A stretch of DNA of 64,000 bases from an uncultured Leptospira sp. (lineage in GTDB: Bacteria; Spirochaetota; UBA4802; JAGODF01): assembly GCA_964502925.1 (NCBI GenBank), contig CAZCYH010000020.1, forward strand, positions 442 to 64,441. The letters are read 5' to 3'. The notes under the pieces were generated by a model that did no database searches, was not told where the DNA came from, and worked only from the letters and a program-made list of their open reading frames with translations. This document shows, one piece after another, positions 49,849 through 60,446 of the stretch; the stretch's first letter is position 1; the number at the start of each line of letters is the position of its first letter. Made by a program: the position numbers and the translations under genes.

Positions 49849-50821
49849 TCTTTTCCATCATCGATGCGAACTTATCGGGGCGAAGCGATTGCTTGCCGTC
49901 GCAGAGTGCTGTTTCCGGAGTCGGATGCACTTCGATGATAAGGCCATCTGCCCCTGCTGCTACTGCCGCAAGCGCAAGCGGTTCAATGAGCTTCCAGTTT
50001 CCCGCTGCGTGCGATGGGTCAACCACCACCGGCAGATGCGTTTTCGATTTCAGTACCGGTATTGCGGATATATCGAGCGTGTTCCGTGTTTCTGTTTCAA
50101 AGGTTCGGATGCCGCGTTCGCAGAGAATGACGTTCATGTTTCCTTCCGAGAGGATGTATTCTGCCGCCATTAAAAATTCTTCTATGGTAGTCATCATGCC
50201 GCGTTTGAGGAGCACGGGTTTGCCCGTTTTGCCGACTTTTTTTAAAAGCGCGAAGTTCTGGCAGTTTCGTGCGCCGATTTGCAAAATGTCTGCATATTCG
50301 CATATCACAGGAATATCATCCGGGTCCATCACCTCCGTGACCACCGCAAGGCCTTCGCGGTCGGCGGCGTTTCGCATCATCTTCAAGCCTTCAAGGCCAA
50401 GCCCCTGGAAGGCATAGGGAGAGGTTCGAGGTTTAAACGCGCCGCCGCGCAGCACCGTTGCGCCGGATTCCTTCACAGCCCGCGCCGCCTCCGCCATCTG
50501 GCTTTCGGATTCCACCGAGCAGGGTCCTGCCATAATGACCAGGTCTTTTCCTCCGATTGAAGTGCCGTTTGCCAGCCGTATGACAGTAGGAGTGTCTTTG
50601 ATTGTTTTGCTGGCAAGCACGTAGGGGACGCCTGGTTTCATGCACTGAAAGGCATGCGATAGTTTCGGTAACTGCTCAATGCCCGCATGGTCGGGGCCCA
50701 TGAATGTGGTGATTGGACCTCTGCTGGTTGATACGGTGTAGGCCCGAAGGCCCGATGCCTCAAAAAAGCGGGAGTGCTCCTTGAGTTCGTTATCATTTCC
50801 GGAATTCATCAGTACTATCAT
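49808..50821 (-). CDS. aroF: 3-deoxy-7-phosphoheptulonate (DAHP) synthase, type I-beta (AroF/KDO8PS-related)
   Basis: GPCSVES and RGGAFKPRTSPYAFQGLG, with the metal-ligand Cys/His pattern. Confidence 0.8.
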   Translation of the reverse strand: MIVLMNSGNDNELKEHSRFFEASGLRAYTVSTSRGPITTFMGPDHAGIEQLPKLSHAFQCMKPGVPYVLASKTIKDTPTVIRLANGTSIGGKDLVIMAGPCSVESESQMAEAARAVKESGATVLRGGAFKPRTSPYAFQGLGLEGLKMMRNAADREGLAVVTEVMDPDDIPVICEYADILQIGARNCQNFALLKKVGKTGKPVLLKRGMMTTIEEFLMAAEYILSEGNMNVILCERGIRTFETETRNTLDISAIPVLKSKTHLPVVVDPSHAAGNWKLIEPLALAAVAAGADGLIIEVHPTPETALCDGKQSLRPDKFASMMEKINQLYSMMAAHRS

Positions 50822-50833
50822 AACCGCCTCCCT

Positions 50834-50862
50834 AAAAAAGTTTTGGCCGCTTTACGGCGGCC
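50834..50862 (-). terminator. putative rho-independent terminator (minus strand) between the GAPDH-like operon and aroF
   Basis: On the minus strand: GGCCGCC-GTAAA-GCGGCC followed by AAAACTTTTTT. Confidence 0.4.
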
Positions 50863-51231
50863 TTTAACCCTACGGGGGGCGATAAAAAAGCCGCCAGCTT
50901 GACGCTCGCGGCTTTTGGTTTTCTCACTTCACGCGCAAAAGCTACGAGCGCTGCTCGCAGTAAAAAAACCAAAAATAAAAATAGTTTTTGCGCGTATTGT
51001 TCATGGTTGTACTCACTTGCGACCATGATTCAGTTATAATATCATCTGTCAAGTATTTTTTTGCAAAAAGAGTTTACATGAGCTATCAAGCGACATGCTG
51101 TTTTCAGTGAGCAGGTGGCAGAAAGCTGTTGTGTTTTTCGGTACAAATGGCACGAAGCGCGCGGCTTGCGTCGGGCGCTTCGTGGATCATCACAAAAATT
51201 TATTCTTTATCGAATGTTCTTCGTATGTAGT

Positions 51232-52389
51232 TTAGTAGGACTTCTTTCCTGTCATATGATCAATAAGCCGCATCACTGCATTGGCGTAGCCGAATTCGTT
51301 GTCGTACCAGAAATTTAAATCAACCATTGTATAGTAGTTATCCCCGCGTTTAGAGGTACGCCGGTGCGTGAAAGGCGAATCGTACATCGTCGAATACGGG
51401 CTTCCGATGACATCCGAGCTGACGAGTTGCTTTTTCGAATACAGCATGATTTCCGGATGCTTTGCCGAATACTGCTTGAATATCTCATGCACATAGGTGT
51501 TATCGAATTCACCCATGACGGTTACGTCGAGCACCACAATCGAGCCGGTGTTGGTGGGAACGCGTATCGATGATGCCTGCGAGCCGATCCCGAGCTCCCT
51601 GATCTCCGGGATGACTTCCAGTACCGCATTCGCAGCCCCTGTGGAGGTGGGAATCATGTTATTCAGGATGCTTCGCCGCTTTCGCGTGTCCTTATCGCCC
51701 GCTCTGGGAAGCACGTCGAGCACGCTCTGAGAATTGGTGACAGCATGCACGGTGGTGAGTGAATACGAAATGAATTTGTCTCCGAAATGATCCACCAGCG
51801 CCTTAATTGCCGGCGCGCAGCAGTTGGTAGTGCACGAGGCATTCGAAATGATCGAGTGCTTCGCATCGTCGTACCAGTGGAAATTTACTCCGCCAACAAG
51901 CGTTATTGCATCATCGGGCATTGCATCACCCTTATTTTTTATTTTAAACGGCGCAACTAAAATGACTTTCTTCGCATTGTTTAAATGGCCGCGCAGTGAA
52001 TTATCGTCGCGAACGCTTGGATCGGTCATCTTTCCCGTAGTGTCGATGACCAGTTCCACCCCGTACTTTGACCATGGGATATTGCCGGGCACGCGGCATT
52101 TTGAATCGGTAATCCATACGACTTTCACGCCATTGAGCCACACATGGCCATCTTTCACCTCAACTTTCGAAGGCGAATTAAATCCAAAGAAAAAACGGTC
52201 ATAGGGCCCGTAGGTTGAATCATAGCCAAGGTACGTCGCCAGATCATCCAGCCCCTTTCCTGTTTCGCGCCCGGTCGATATAACTACTTCCTTGTGTTCC
52301 TTTCTGGCCGTGATGAGCCAGAGCAGAAGTTTGCCGATTCTTCCGATACCGTTGATGCCGATGGGAGACTGCGTCGATACTGTTGCCAT
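51232..52389 (-). CDS. divergent glyceraldehyde-3-phosphate dehydrogenase-family protein
   Basis: NAD-binding INGIGRIGK and catalytic SNASCTTNCCAP. Several insertions relative to canonical GapA. Confidence 0.75.
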   Translation of the reverse strand: MATVSTQSPIGINGIGRIGKLLLWLITARKEHKEVVISTGRETGKGLDDLATYLGYDSTYGPYDRFFFGFNSPSKVEVKDGHVWLNGVKVVWITDSKCRVPGNIPWSKYGVELVIDTTGKMTDPSVRDDNSLRGHLNNAKKVILVAPFKIKNKGDAMPDDAITLVGGVNFHWYDDAKHSIISNASCTTNCCAPAIKALVDHFGDKFISYSLTTVHAVTNSQSVLDVLPRAGDKDTRKRRSILNNMIPTSTGAANAVLEVIPEIRELGIGSQASSIRVPTNTGSIVVLDVTVMGEFDNTYVHEIFKQYSAKHPEIMLYSKKQLVSSDVIGSPYSTMYDSPFTHRRTSKRGDNYYTMVDLNFWYDNEFGYANAVMRLIDHMTGKKSY

Positions 52390-52427
52390 TTCCTCTTGCT
52401 CCTTATTTATTCATTAGTAAAGCGCCT

Positions 52428-55400
52428 TTATACCGCCGCGCGCTGTGCGGGGCGTGTACGGTGCTGACCGGCGAACACGTTACCCGTTGTCCCGTCGATC
52501 GTGATAAAATCCCCCTCTTTAAAAACGCGCCTCCTCTCACCATTGCTACGGCTTTCCACGCATGCCGTGTTTTTCTTTTCGTCGATCTTCATAATTGAAA
52601 AATCGCTCACGCCCGATTTCTCAAGCCTTCGCATCTGCAATACTGCATGGGACGTCATTCCTCCCACGCAGGTGAGTATGCCGTCCGATTTCATCAGCCC
52701 GATGACATCTTCCGGGTTGGTTTCCGGCCTCACCAGAATAATCCGGTCGCCGGGATATTGCCTTCGCATTTCATCAATCCGTGCTATATGAAAAACCATG
52801 CGGCCGGAAACAGCGCCCCCTGATGCGGCAAGGCCCTGGCCCAGATAGTCTTTCTGAATTTCCACGGGATCCTCGTCGATGACATCATACTCAAAGACGT
52901 GCTTGGTCATGCCGCGCACCTGAAGGATGTAGAGTTCATCGTCTTCACAGGTAAATTCAATTTCAACATCATTGCCCCAGCTATCGCGGATGCGTTTGAC
53001 CGCTTCGGCGAGGCGCCGATACTGCGCGGGGAACGATGTTTCAAGCGATGGGAATTCCGCGGATTTCGCGTGTATCTTTTTCTGCTCCTCGCTTATGGGA
53101 AACACTTTCGCCACGCCGCTTACGATATCGTGACCCTGCGCGCGCGTTTTGTATTCGCCAAAGAGCGAGAGCTTCTCCCTGCCCAGGTACTGGCTGTGCA
53201 CCACGCCGGTGATATTGTGCGGCTTGATGTTGCCGAACACCATTCTTTGCACAATCACGGCGGTGCCCCACTCGTCGGATACATTGATGAAGGTGCGATA
53301 ATTTTCGGCAATCGGCGAATCCCAGGATTGAAAGACCGCCAGAATCGCGTAGAGAAGCTGTTCGTAGGGGTCTTTGGGAATTGAGAATCCGTAATCGTTG
53401 ATGACATAGCGGTACTTTCTCGTTAAAAGCTTCATCTGCGTGCCGGTGAGCTTTTCTTTCAAATCGACACCAGCTTCGCTTTTCGCCACCGCCATAAGTT
53501 TTTCGAAAATTGCGCGGTCGATGCCGTACAGCGAGATACCGAAATCCTGAATGAGCCGGCGGTAGCAGTCGTACGCGAACCAGGCATCGGTTTCGGAGAG
53601 CTTTTCGAGTATTTCCTCGGTGATGCCGATATTGGTGATGGTGTCCATGACACCGGGCATTGAAAACACGGCGCCGCTTCGCGCGGAAAGCAACATGGGA
53701 TTTTTTGGATTGGCAAATTTCCCGCCGGTGAAATCATCGACGTACTTTTTGATGAAATGCACGAGCTTGCGTCGAAACCGCGGGTTTTTAATATTATCTT
53801 CTTTGACTCGTTTATAAAATTCGGAAGAAATCACGAACCCGTCCGGCACGCTCATCTTTAGCTGACGCGAAATAAACATGAGGCCGTGCGCCTTTCCTCC
53901 CACCTGCCAGATCGGCGCGCACACTTCACCTGGTTTTCCGGGAGCTTCGCCTTTAATGGGCTGGACAATGAACCCTTTGCTTTCCTTCCTGCGCTTCGCA
54001 TTCAGACAGACATCATCGGATCCTATTCCCGCTAATGCCTCTTTCATAAAAACCAGCAGATTGTCGAAAAGCTGCAAAAGCGGCGATTGCATGATTTGCC
54101 CGCGCAGAAACCGGTCGACAATGACTTCTATATCGCCGCTGCGACCGCCGCCCACGGCGAAGCGCGCGGATATGTTATCGACTCCAATGCTCTTCACCGC
54201 TTCCCGTATGACGAACATGAATGTTTCATTGAAGCGGTCGGAAATCTCGCCATGAATCACTAAAAGGTGATGCACAATGTCGCGTAATTGAGAACGTTTA
54301 AGGTTTGGTGTCTCCAGCAGATCCATCACCATGATCATTTCCTGATTCACCAGCCCGTCCACGATGAAAGCGCGGAAAAAGAGGTTCACTGCTTTTTTAA
54401 TGTGCTGAAAATTCAACCCCGCCGTTGTCTCCATCTTCAGCTTCTCTATCAATTTTTCGAAAAGCCGGGTGCGGATGATGTTCATGTGGAAAAAGGCGCG
54501 CAGCGTGTCGAATTTTTTTTCTTTATAGGAGCCGTACATAGACGGTATTCCGAACGCGATGTGGCGCTTGAATTCGATGGTATCGAGCGGCTCGAATATC
54601 CTGGAAGACAGGAGCACTTCTTCTTTAAGCTCTTCCTGCACTAAAAGCAGCGCTTCGAGCGCGACTGTCTCGTCCTGATCTGAAATCGCTGTAAAGAAAA
54701 ACGGGGGTGGACTGAAGATGCCTTCGGCAGCATAATCTTGAAGGCGATCGAGCACTCGCATTTCAGAAAAATTATATTTATCGTAGATCAATCGATAGAC
54801 GTGCAGAAAATCCAGAAATTTTTCGAGATTTACTTTTGAAATCTTTTCTCCGGAATCATTGCAAATTGAAGTAATTTCCTGATCGCTAAGCGAATACAGT
54901 ACATCCCAGATGGGCGTTCCCGAAGATCCGTTGCCGCGCCGCTTTGCAATACAGCAAAGAATCTTTCCCATCTCAGCGGGACTTTTCCGCTTCAGATATT
55001 CCGAAATCCGCGAAAGCGCGCGCGATGCGCCATCGCCGAGCTTGTCCACAACCAATGCAGCTTCCTTGAAGAATGCATCTGCATCAACAGAATATAAAAA
55101 ATCCCAGAAGAACGTACCATTGACATTGCCGATCCGCTGTTTCACGCCATCAACCAGACGCACGGCAAGTGGATCATCGCCAAGGCGGTCGATTTCGAGA
55201 AATTCCGGAAGAGTGCCATACACATCGGCAGGAACCATGCCCTTTAACAGGGACGAATCCCCCGTCATCCAGAACTGCATCATCATCTGCATCAAAAACA
55301 CTGTACGGGAACTCGATTCCACATGAATCTGCTTACGTAAAAAATGCACGGGATCGTCCATGCTGTGATACATATCGATCTTTTCGGTGATGGCGCGGAT

Positions 55401-56864
55401 GTTTCCGGTGGCGCCAATGTCGTGGTAGAATGCCGGAAAAACCGCAGCCAGCGAAATGATAAGATAGAACACTTCCCTGTAATCGCTATTGAGCAGGCGG
55501 GAGATATCGCGCTGAAAGACATCCGTGTCTTTCAAAAAAACGCCGCCCAATTTTAGATTAACGATGAGCGCCGCCGCAAGTTTTTTCATCATCGCAGGAT
55601 TGAGCTCAATGAGATGAAGCCATGTTCGGATGTTTTCAAGATGGCTTGAATTGACAATCACCGACCAGTCCTGTGCGATGCCTGAGTATTGGGGGAAGCA
55701 GAACTTTGAACGCACCAGGTAGTCGATGAAATAGTCTATGAGAAACGTATCGCCAGAGCGGACCACCGCGCTTCCGATATTATAAATGGTCGTAAATGCC
55801 GCCTGGTAATTGCCGCCACGTTCTATTTCGCCCAGAAGCTCGGGCATGATGAGGTCAATAACGCTTCGGACGATTTCAATTCTGCCCTTCAATGCAAAGT
55901 GGGAACACAGCGCCGCCACTGAACGCGATATAAAAAGCTGCAATTCTCTGTCCGCCCCCTCGGTGGACCTGGCAACCAGAAAGCTGAGAAGTGCTTTCAC
56001 GGATTCATCATCCGCCGCATAATCGGCCTTGAGGGTTTCGGTGGCCTTTATGCAGATTTTTTCCCACTGACGCTGGTTATGCAAAAAATCAGCGATCCCG
56101 CTTTCGGGGAAAAAAAGGGTAGTGTGGTCGCTTGCCGCAGATTTTTCAGCTTCGGCAACATTCTGTTTGTATGTATCGCGGGAAACGGACTGAAAGAGTG
56201 GAATGAGATCTTTTCCGAAATTTCCATCAAGAATGCCTGATATTTTATCGATATCATGTCTTGAAAGTGCGATGCATCGTTCAACATAGAGCCGGTACTG
56301 ACAGCAAATGAATTCCGCAAGAAGCAATGCAATGTTGTTTGTAGCGGCTCTCTTTCCGACAATCAGCCCGGCCTTGCGCGCAATCTCGTTTACATATCCG
56401 AAAAAAAGCCCTTCCTTGCTCAGCCTAAGCAGAAGTGCGACATATTCATAAGCAAAATCGAGAAATAATCTTTCCAGTTCTTTGAAATGATTGTTTTCTG
56501 AAGAAATCTTGAGCACAAACACAAATCGATCTAAGAATGTGTCTGCCGCACGAATCGCTGAAACTTTGCCGCGCTGCGTTCCGGCCTCAAGAAAATGAAA
56601 TACGACAGGAAGAACATCTTTTGCATGCGGCGCAATATCGTACAGATTATCGAACAGATATTCTCTCAGGCCTGCAATCACAAATTTCCAGTCAATATTG
56701 GGATGGCGGAGTTCCTCTATGAGCTTTTCAGTTTTCCTGGCGGCGCCGTACTTATTCCATAGAGGCAGGAGGAGGCTTTCAATCTTCAGGGATTCATCCA
56801 CGCGCGGCGGAACTTCCACCTGAACCACCGCGCCTTTGCGATTTATTGCAATCGCTGACTCCAT
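52428..56864 (-). CDS. 1478-aa protein: novel ~900-aa N-terminal region + PEP-synthase-like ATP-grasp nucleotide-binding domain + PEP-utilizer phosphohistidine swivel domain (no PEP/pyruvate TIM-barrel domain)
   Basis: The C-terminal ~550 aa match a PPDK_N/PpsA N-terminal domain (IWQVGGKAHGL...) followed by the mobile His domain (LTCVGGMTSHAVLQMRRLEKSGVS). The protein ends right after the swivel domain. Confidence 0.7.
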   Translation of the reverse strand: MESAIAINRKGAVVQVEVPPRVDESLKIESLLLPLWNKYGAARKTEKLIEELRHPNIDWKFVIAGLREYLFDNLYDIAPHAKDVLPVVFHFLEAGTQRGKVSAIRAADTFLDRFVFVLKISSENNHFKELERLFLDFAYEYVALLLRLSKEGLFFGYVNEIARKAGLIVGKRAATNNIALLLAEFICCQYRLYVERCIALSRHDIDKISGILDGNFGKDLIPLFQSVSRDTYKQNVAEAEKSAASDHTTLFFPESGIADFLHNQRQWEKICIKATETLKADYAADDESVKALLSFLVARSTEGADRELQLFISRSVAALCSHFALKGRIEIVRSVIDLIMPELLGEIERGGNYQAAFTTIYNIGSAVVRSGDTFLIDYFIDYLVRSKFCFPQYSGIAQDWSVIVNSSHLENIRTWLHLIELNPAMMKKLAAALIVNLKLGGVFLKDTDVFQRDISRLLNSDYREVFYLIISLAAVFPAFYHDIGATGNIRAITEKIDMYHSMDDPVHFLRKQIHVESSSRTVFLMQMMMQFWMTGDSSLLKGMVPADVYGTLPEFLEIDRLGDDPLAVRLVDGVKQRIGNVNGTFFWDFLYSVDADAFFKEAALVVDKLGDGASRALSRISEYLKRKSPAEMGKILCCIAKRRGNGSSGTPIWDVLYSLSDQEITSICNDSGEKISKVNLEKFLDFLHVYRLIYDKYNFSEMRVLDRLQDYAAEGIFSPPPFFFTAISDQDETVALEALLLVQEELKEEVLLSSRIFEPLDTIEFKRHIAFGIPSMYGSYKEKKFDTLRAFFHMNIIRTRLFEKLIEKLKMETTAGLNFQHIKKAVNLFFRAFIVDGLVNQEMIMVMDLLETPNLKRSQLRDIVHHLLVIHGEISDRFNETFMFVIREAVKSIGVDNISARFAVGGGRSGDIEVIVDRFLRGQIMQSPLLQLFDNLLVFMKEALAGIGSDDVCLNAKRRKESKGFIVQPIKGEAPGKPGEVCAPIWQVGGKAHGLMFISRQLKMSVPDGFVISSEFYKRVKEDNIKNPRFRRKLVHFIKKYVDDFTGGKFANPKNPMLLSARSGAVFSMPGVMDTITNIGITEEILEKLSETDAWFAYDCYRRLIQDFGISLYGIDRAIFEKLMAVAKSEAGVDLKEKLTGTQMKLLTRKYRYVINDYGFSIPKDPYEQLLYAILAVFQSWDSPIAENYRTFINVSDEWGTAVIVQRMVFGNIKPHNITGVVHSQYLGREKLSLFGEYKTRAQGHDIVSGVAKVFPISEEQKKIHAKSAEFPSLETSFPAQYRRLAEAVKRIRDSWGNDVEIEFTCEDDELYILQVRGMTKHVFEYDVIDEDPVEIQKDYLGQGLAASGGAVSGRMVFHIARIDEMRRQYPGDRIILVRPETNPEDVIGLMKSDGILTCVGGMTSHAVLQMRRLEKSGVSDFSIMKIDEKKNTACVESRSNGERRRVFKEGDFITIDGTTGNVFAGQHRTRPAQRAAV

Positions 56865-57124
56865 CGCATAACCCGCATGTAGAAAATGGTGCGGACTGAG
56901 GGGACGTACGCCATTTTCAGCACCACATAATAAGTATAAAGGCGGGAATGACCATTCGGCGAGAGGGATTCCCCAAAGTGCGTTGTAAGGTTTTTCCTTT
57001 TATTGCATAGGGGATTTCCCTATGACACCCTTGCTTCATCAGATATACGCGGCGAGGGCACAACACTCCCCTGAGAGCAAAACAATACAGGCATTCATCA
57101 ATCGATGTGCAATAACAACATCAG

Positions 57125-58137
57125 CTACTTTGCCGACGCTTTTTGGTTTCTGGAATCGAAGGGATATACGGACTGGAAATCGTCGGGGGGAAGCACATTT
57201 CGAAGCGGCTGGTATTTTTTTTCAGTGAGATTGAATTCCATGCGCTGACGCATCCCGTCCTGGTCGATGAAGCTTACGCGGAACACGTCGCTTACTTTCG
57301 CGCCATCTTCGAGCCGGATGATGCCGTTGTCGATAAGCTGCAGGAAAAATGTCCGTAGTATGCCGAACGACATCTTCTGGATATTCAAATCCGATTGGTG
57401 GCGATGGTCGTACAAGCCTAAATTAACATCGGCGACCCGATAGGGTCCGAAACAGGTATCGATGTTGATACCGGTCTCAACGCCGTACATCTGCCAGAAG
57501 CAGACAGAATTGAAAAACTCAAGTGTGCCTGCCACCTCCCCCGAAAGCGGGTACGATAAATCCGTAAGTTTCGCTATTTTTGGATGATCGATGAGGGAAA
57601 AAAGAGGCTGCGCTACAAACTTTTTCACCCTCCCCATGGCGCGCCAGAAACTCGCTTTTGCGAAATCGTACCCTTTGAGCACTGGTCCGGCAAGGCCGGT
57701 GACGAAATGCGCGCCGAAATATTCCGGGAGCACGTCGGAATCCAGAAAGACAACTACTATGTCCGCAGGGCCGGTGCCATTGACATATTCGAGATTCATC
57801 TGATACAGCGCCCGGCGCATATCGGAGCCTTTGCCGGTTTCATCTTCCATGTCGGGGGGGCATGATGAATTATTCAGCAGGATTTTAATTCCCGAATCGG
57901 CTTCTCGGGCTAAAAGCTCTGTCCTGTCCTCTTCGCTTCCAAAACGGCGGTGGGATAGAAAAATCCCGTCAACAAGTGTTGAAAGCTCATTTTTGATGAG
58001 CTTTACTTTCGTATGGATGAGATCGGCTTCGCGTTCCCCGCAGGTGGAAAAGACTACAAATAGCTTTCGATCCCCCTTCAGTCGTGAAACCACGTCAAGG
58101 GGGAAATCGGTTGCCTCATAATGGTCAATTAACTTCA
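57125..58137 (-). CDS. glucosyl-3-phosphoglycerate synthase-like GT-A glycosyltransferase (GT81 family)
   Basis: From memory of mycobacterial GpgS: TGKGSDMRRAL ~ PGKGEALWRSL; ADIVVVFLDSDV ~ GDIVVFIDSDL (DxD motif); YPLSGEVAGTLEFF..YGVETGINIDT ~ QPLSGEYAASRELL..YGVEIGLLIDT. Trimmed to the Met at 58137 with RBS AAGGGA. Confidence 0.65.
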
Positions 58138-58361
58138 TGATAGATCCCTTAAATAACAATTCACCGACAAGCGGTTTTTTGTAAAGAATAAATTGTATTG
58201 TATGATGCAATATGAAGGGCTTATCAGCATGGTCAGTTGACCGCGAAATTCATAATAAAACAAAAATGGAATAAACTTGCCTGCAGAGAGGTTTTTGCCA
58301 TCCTTGGTATTCTGAAAATGTCCACATGGGCGCGATGAATCGCGCTACTCATTGAAAAATG

Positions 58362-59315
58362 TCATTTGATTTCAACGATAACCAGAGTGATATCATCGGT
58401 TATCTTATTTTTGCGTCCTCCCCAGTTTAAAGCGGTATCAACAATGCTATCAATGAGTTCATTAGTCGTTTTGTGATGATTTTCTTCAATACACGATATT
58501 AATCGCTCAATACCGAAAAGCTGCTTTTTGCTGTTCCGTAATTCTATTATTCCATCGGTGTAGAGTATGATTCTGTCATTAGGTTGCAATGTATAGGTGA
58601 CAACATCATTTTTTATGGATTCGAAAACACCGAGTATATTTCCTGCAACGGGTATCTCGATGACTTTGTGTGTATTGCCCTGCAGTATTAACGGTAATGG
58701 ATGGCCTGCCCTTGAAAATTTCACCATTTTTTGTGACGCATCAACATACGCATATAATGCGGTAATCGGTTGTTTTCCAGTTTTTCCATATAAAATGCTG
58801 TTCATGTTTGACAGAAGTAGTGCGGGATTATCTCCATGATGGAGCTGTAAGGAATATGCGATATTAACTGTAGAGGCAAACAAAGATGCCGGAATTCCAT
58901 GACCTGTGACATCAGCGATGATGATTCCAATTCTCTCGGGATCAAATTCATGAAAGTGGTAAAAATCTCCCCCTATTTCCTCCATCGGGATATAGCGTAT
59001 TTCAAAGTGAATCGAAGGTGTTGATGGGGCGGTTTCGGGCAAAATCCTTTTTTGAATTCTCCGCGCGATTGCAAGCTCGCTGTTTATTGCAGCTAAACGG
59101 TTTTGAATATTTATTGATTCTTCAAGCGTGGCAAGTGACTGCGTAAATACAAACATTAGCAGGCCTATTTCAAATAAATACATGCTGTTAAGTAGCTGTT
59201 GAGAATATAAAATGTCATTCACCAGAGTGAGAAATAATATAATATAACCGCAAATGTATATGATAAAATTTGATTGTTTTGACGTAGCTTTTATTAAAAC
59301 ATATATAAAATACAC
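58362..59315 (-). CDS. PP2C/SpoIIE-type phosphatase with 3 N-terminal TM helices (3' part of a frameshifted 7TMR-DISM phosphatase gene)
   Basis: PP2C motifs IGGDFYHF..IADVTGHGIPA..LYTDGIIE. The N-terminal TM helices complete the 7TM bundle begun in 59333..60325. Confidence 0.7.
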   Translation of the reverse strand: MYFIYVLIKATSKQSNFIIYICGYIILFLTLVNDILYSQQLLNSMYLFEIGLLMFVFTQSLATLEESINIQNRLAAINSELAIARRIQKRILPETAPSTPSIHFEIRYIPMEEIGGDFYHFHEFDPERIGIIIADVTGHGIPASLFASTVNIAYSLQLHHGDNPALLLSNMNSILYGKTGKQPITALYAYVDASQKMVKFSRAGHPLPLILQGNTHKVIEIPVAGNILGVFESIKNDVVTYTLQPNDRIILYTDGIIELRNSKKQLFGIERLISCIEENHHKTTNELIDSIVDTALNWGGRKNKITDDITLVIVEIK

Positions 59316-59332
59316 GGAGGACAGAAATAATC

Positions 59333-60325
59333 CTATTTGTATAAAATGTAAGGAGAAAGAAACGATTGGTATGGGGACAGAGCATACAAAAAGAATGAAA
59401 AAGCAAAATAAATATTAATCGAATATAATACTTTTCTGTTGATGTTTTTTGGATACAGTCCTTTAATAAATTGCGCGAAAGATATTATGCCCAGCAATAT
59501 TGTACAATACTCCATCCGTAAATACATGTCCCATGGAAGTGAGGAAACATATTTCACAAAAAGCTTTTCATCGATTAAAAGTAGCCTCAATCCAATGACT
59601 GCACAGTAGAATGCGAAATAGAGATTTGTTGTATATCCTTTATTAAAAATAAAAAGGCCGATATGGTATAACAAAATAACAAGAAGTGCTGCGGTGACAA
59701 ATAATGTTATGAAAATTTTTAATTCGTACTGCTTAATTATTATATCATAATTTCCATACTTAATGCTTCGTAAAATGCCTCCGGTTCGCTGCTGGAAGTT
59801 AGATATATGCAGAACAAGCTCGGTCGTAGGGGAATCGACGATAAATTGGGCAATAAGCGGTAATTGAAAAGGAGTCATTGTTGCATCTGAAGTTCCAACT
59901 CTCCCATTCCGACTGGCAATTTTACCGTTAACCCAGAGAGTGTATGCAGAATGCACATAGGGCATCATTAATGTTTTTATGTTCCCTATATCCCTGGTAT
60001 CGTGGATAATTCTTAATCGATATGTGGCATAACCAAAAGCAGGAAATGCATTTTTAAAATTTTTTTGCTTATTCCATGCGCCTGGTACTTTTATATATGC
60101 ATGTGGCTTAATATCTTTTGCAAACTGTGATGGCTCAATAAGTGAGTTCCAGTAGAATTCCCACTCTCCATCCAGGGCAAGCACCTGATGTATTGATTCA
60201 CCCTGACTTCGCAAATCCAAAACCCCATTGACTGCAACGGGGTTGTTGAAAGTGTTACTTTGATTGCAGCTGATGCACGCAACAAATGTGAATAATATGA
60301 AAATAAAAATATTTTTTTTATACAT
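59333..60325 (-). CDS. 7TMR-DISM extracellular domain + first 4 TM helices (5' part of a frameshifted 7TMR-DISM/PP2C gene)
   Basis: Lipoprotein-like signal sequence, a periplasmic DISMED2-like domain, then 4 TM helices. Stops 17 nt before the next ORF, which is in a different frame inside an A/T-rich stretch. Confidence 0.7.
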   Translation of the reverse strand: MYKKNIFIFILFTFVACISCNQSNTFNNPVAVNGVLDLRSQGESIHQVLALDGEWEFYWNSLIEPSQFAKDIKPHAYIKVPGAWNKQKNFKNAFPAFGYATYRLRIIHDTRDIGNIKTLMMPYVHSAYTLWVNGKIASRNGRVGTSDATMTPFQLPLIAQFIVDSPTTELVLHISNFQQRTGGILRSIKYGNYDIIIKQYELKIFITLFVTAALLVILLYHIGLFIFNKGYTTNLYFAFYCAVIGLRLLLIDEKLFVKYVSSLPWDMYLRMEYCTILLGIISFAQFIKGLYPKNINRKVLYSINIYFAFSFFLYALSPYQSFLSPYILYK

Positions 60326-60446
60326 GTTTATAGTTTCTGTTGTTATTGTTCATGTCTTTGCCGGGTGTGCCGTACGATGAGCGGTAAATAATCCCTGAGA
60401 GGGAGAATACCTCCCTCTTAGGGATAGTGTGTTCGGATTCTGCGTT

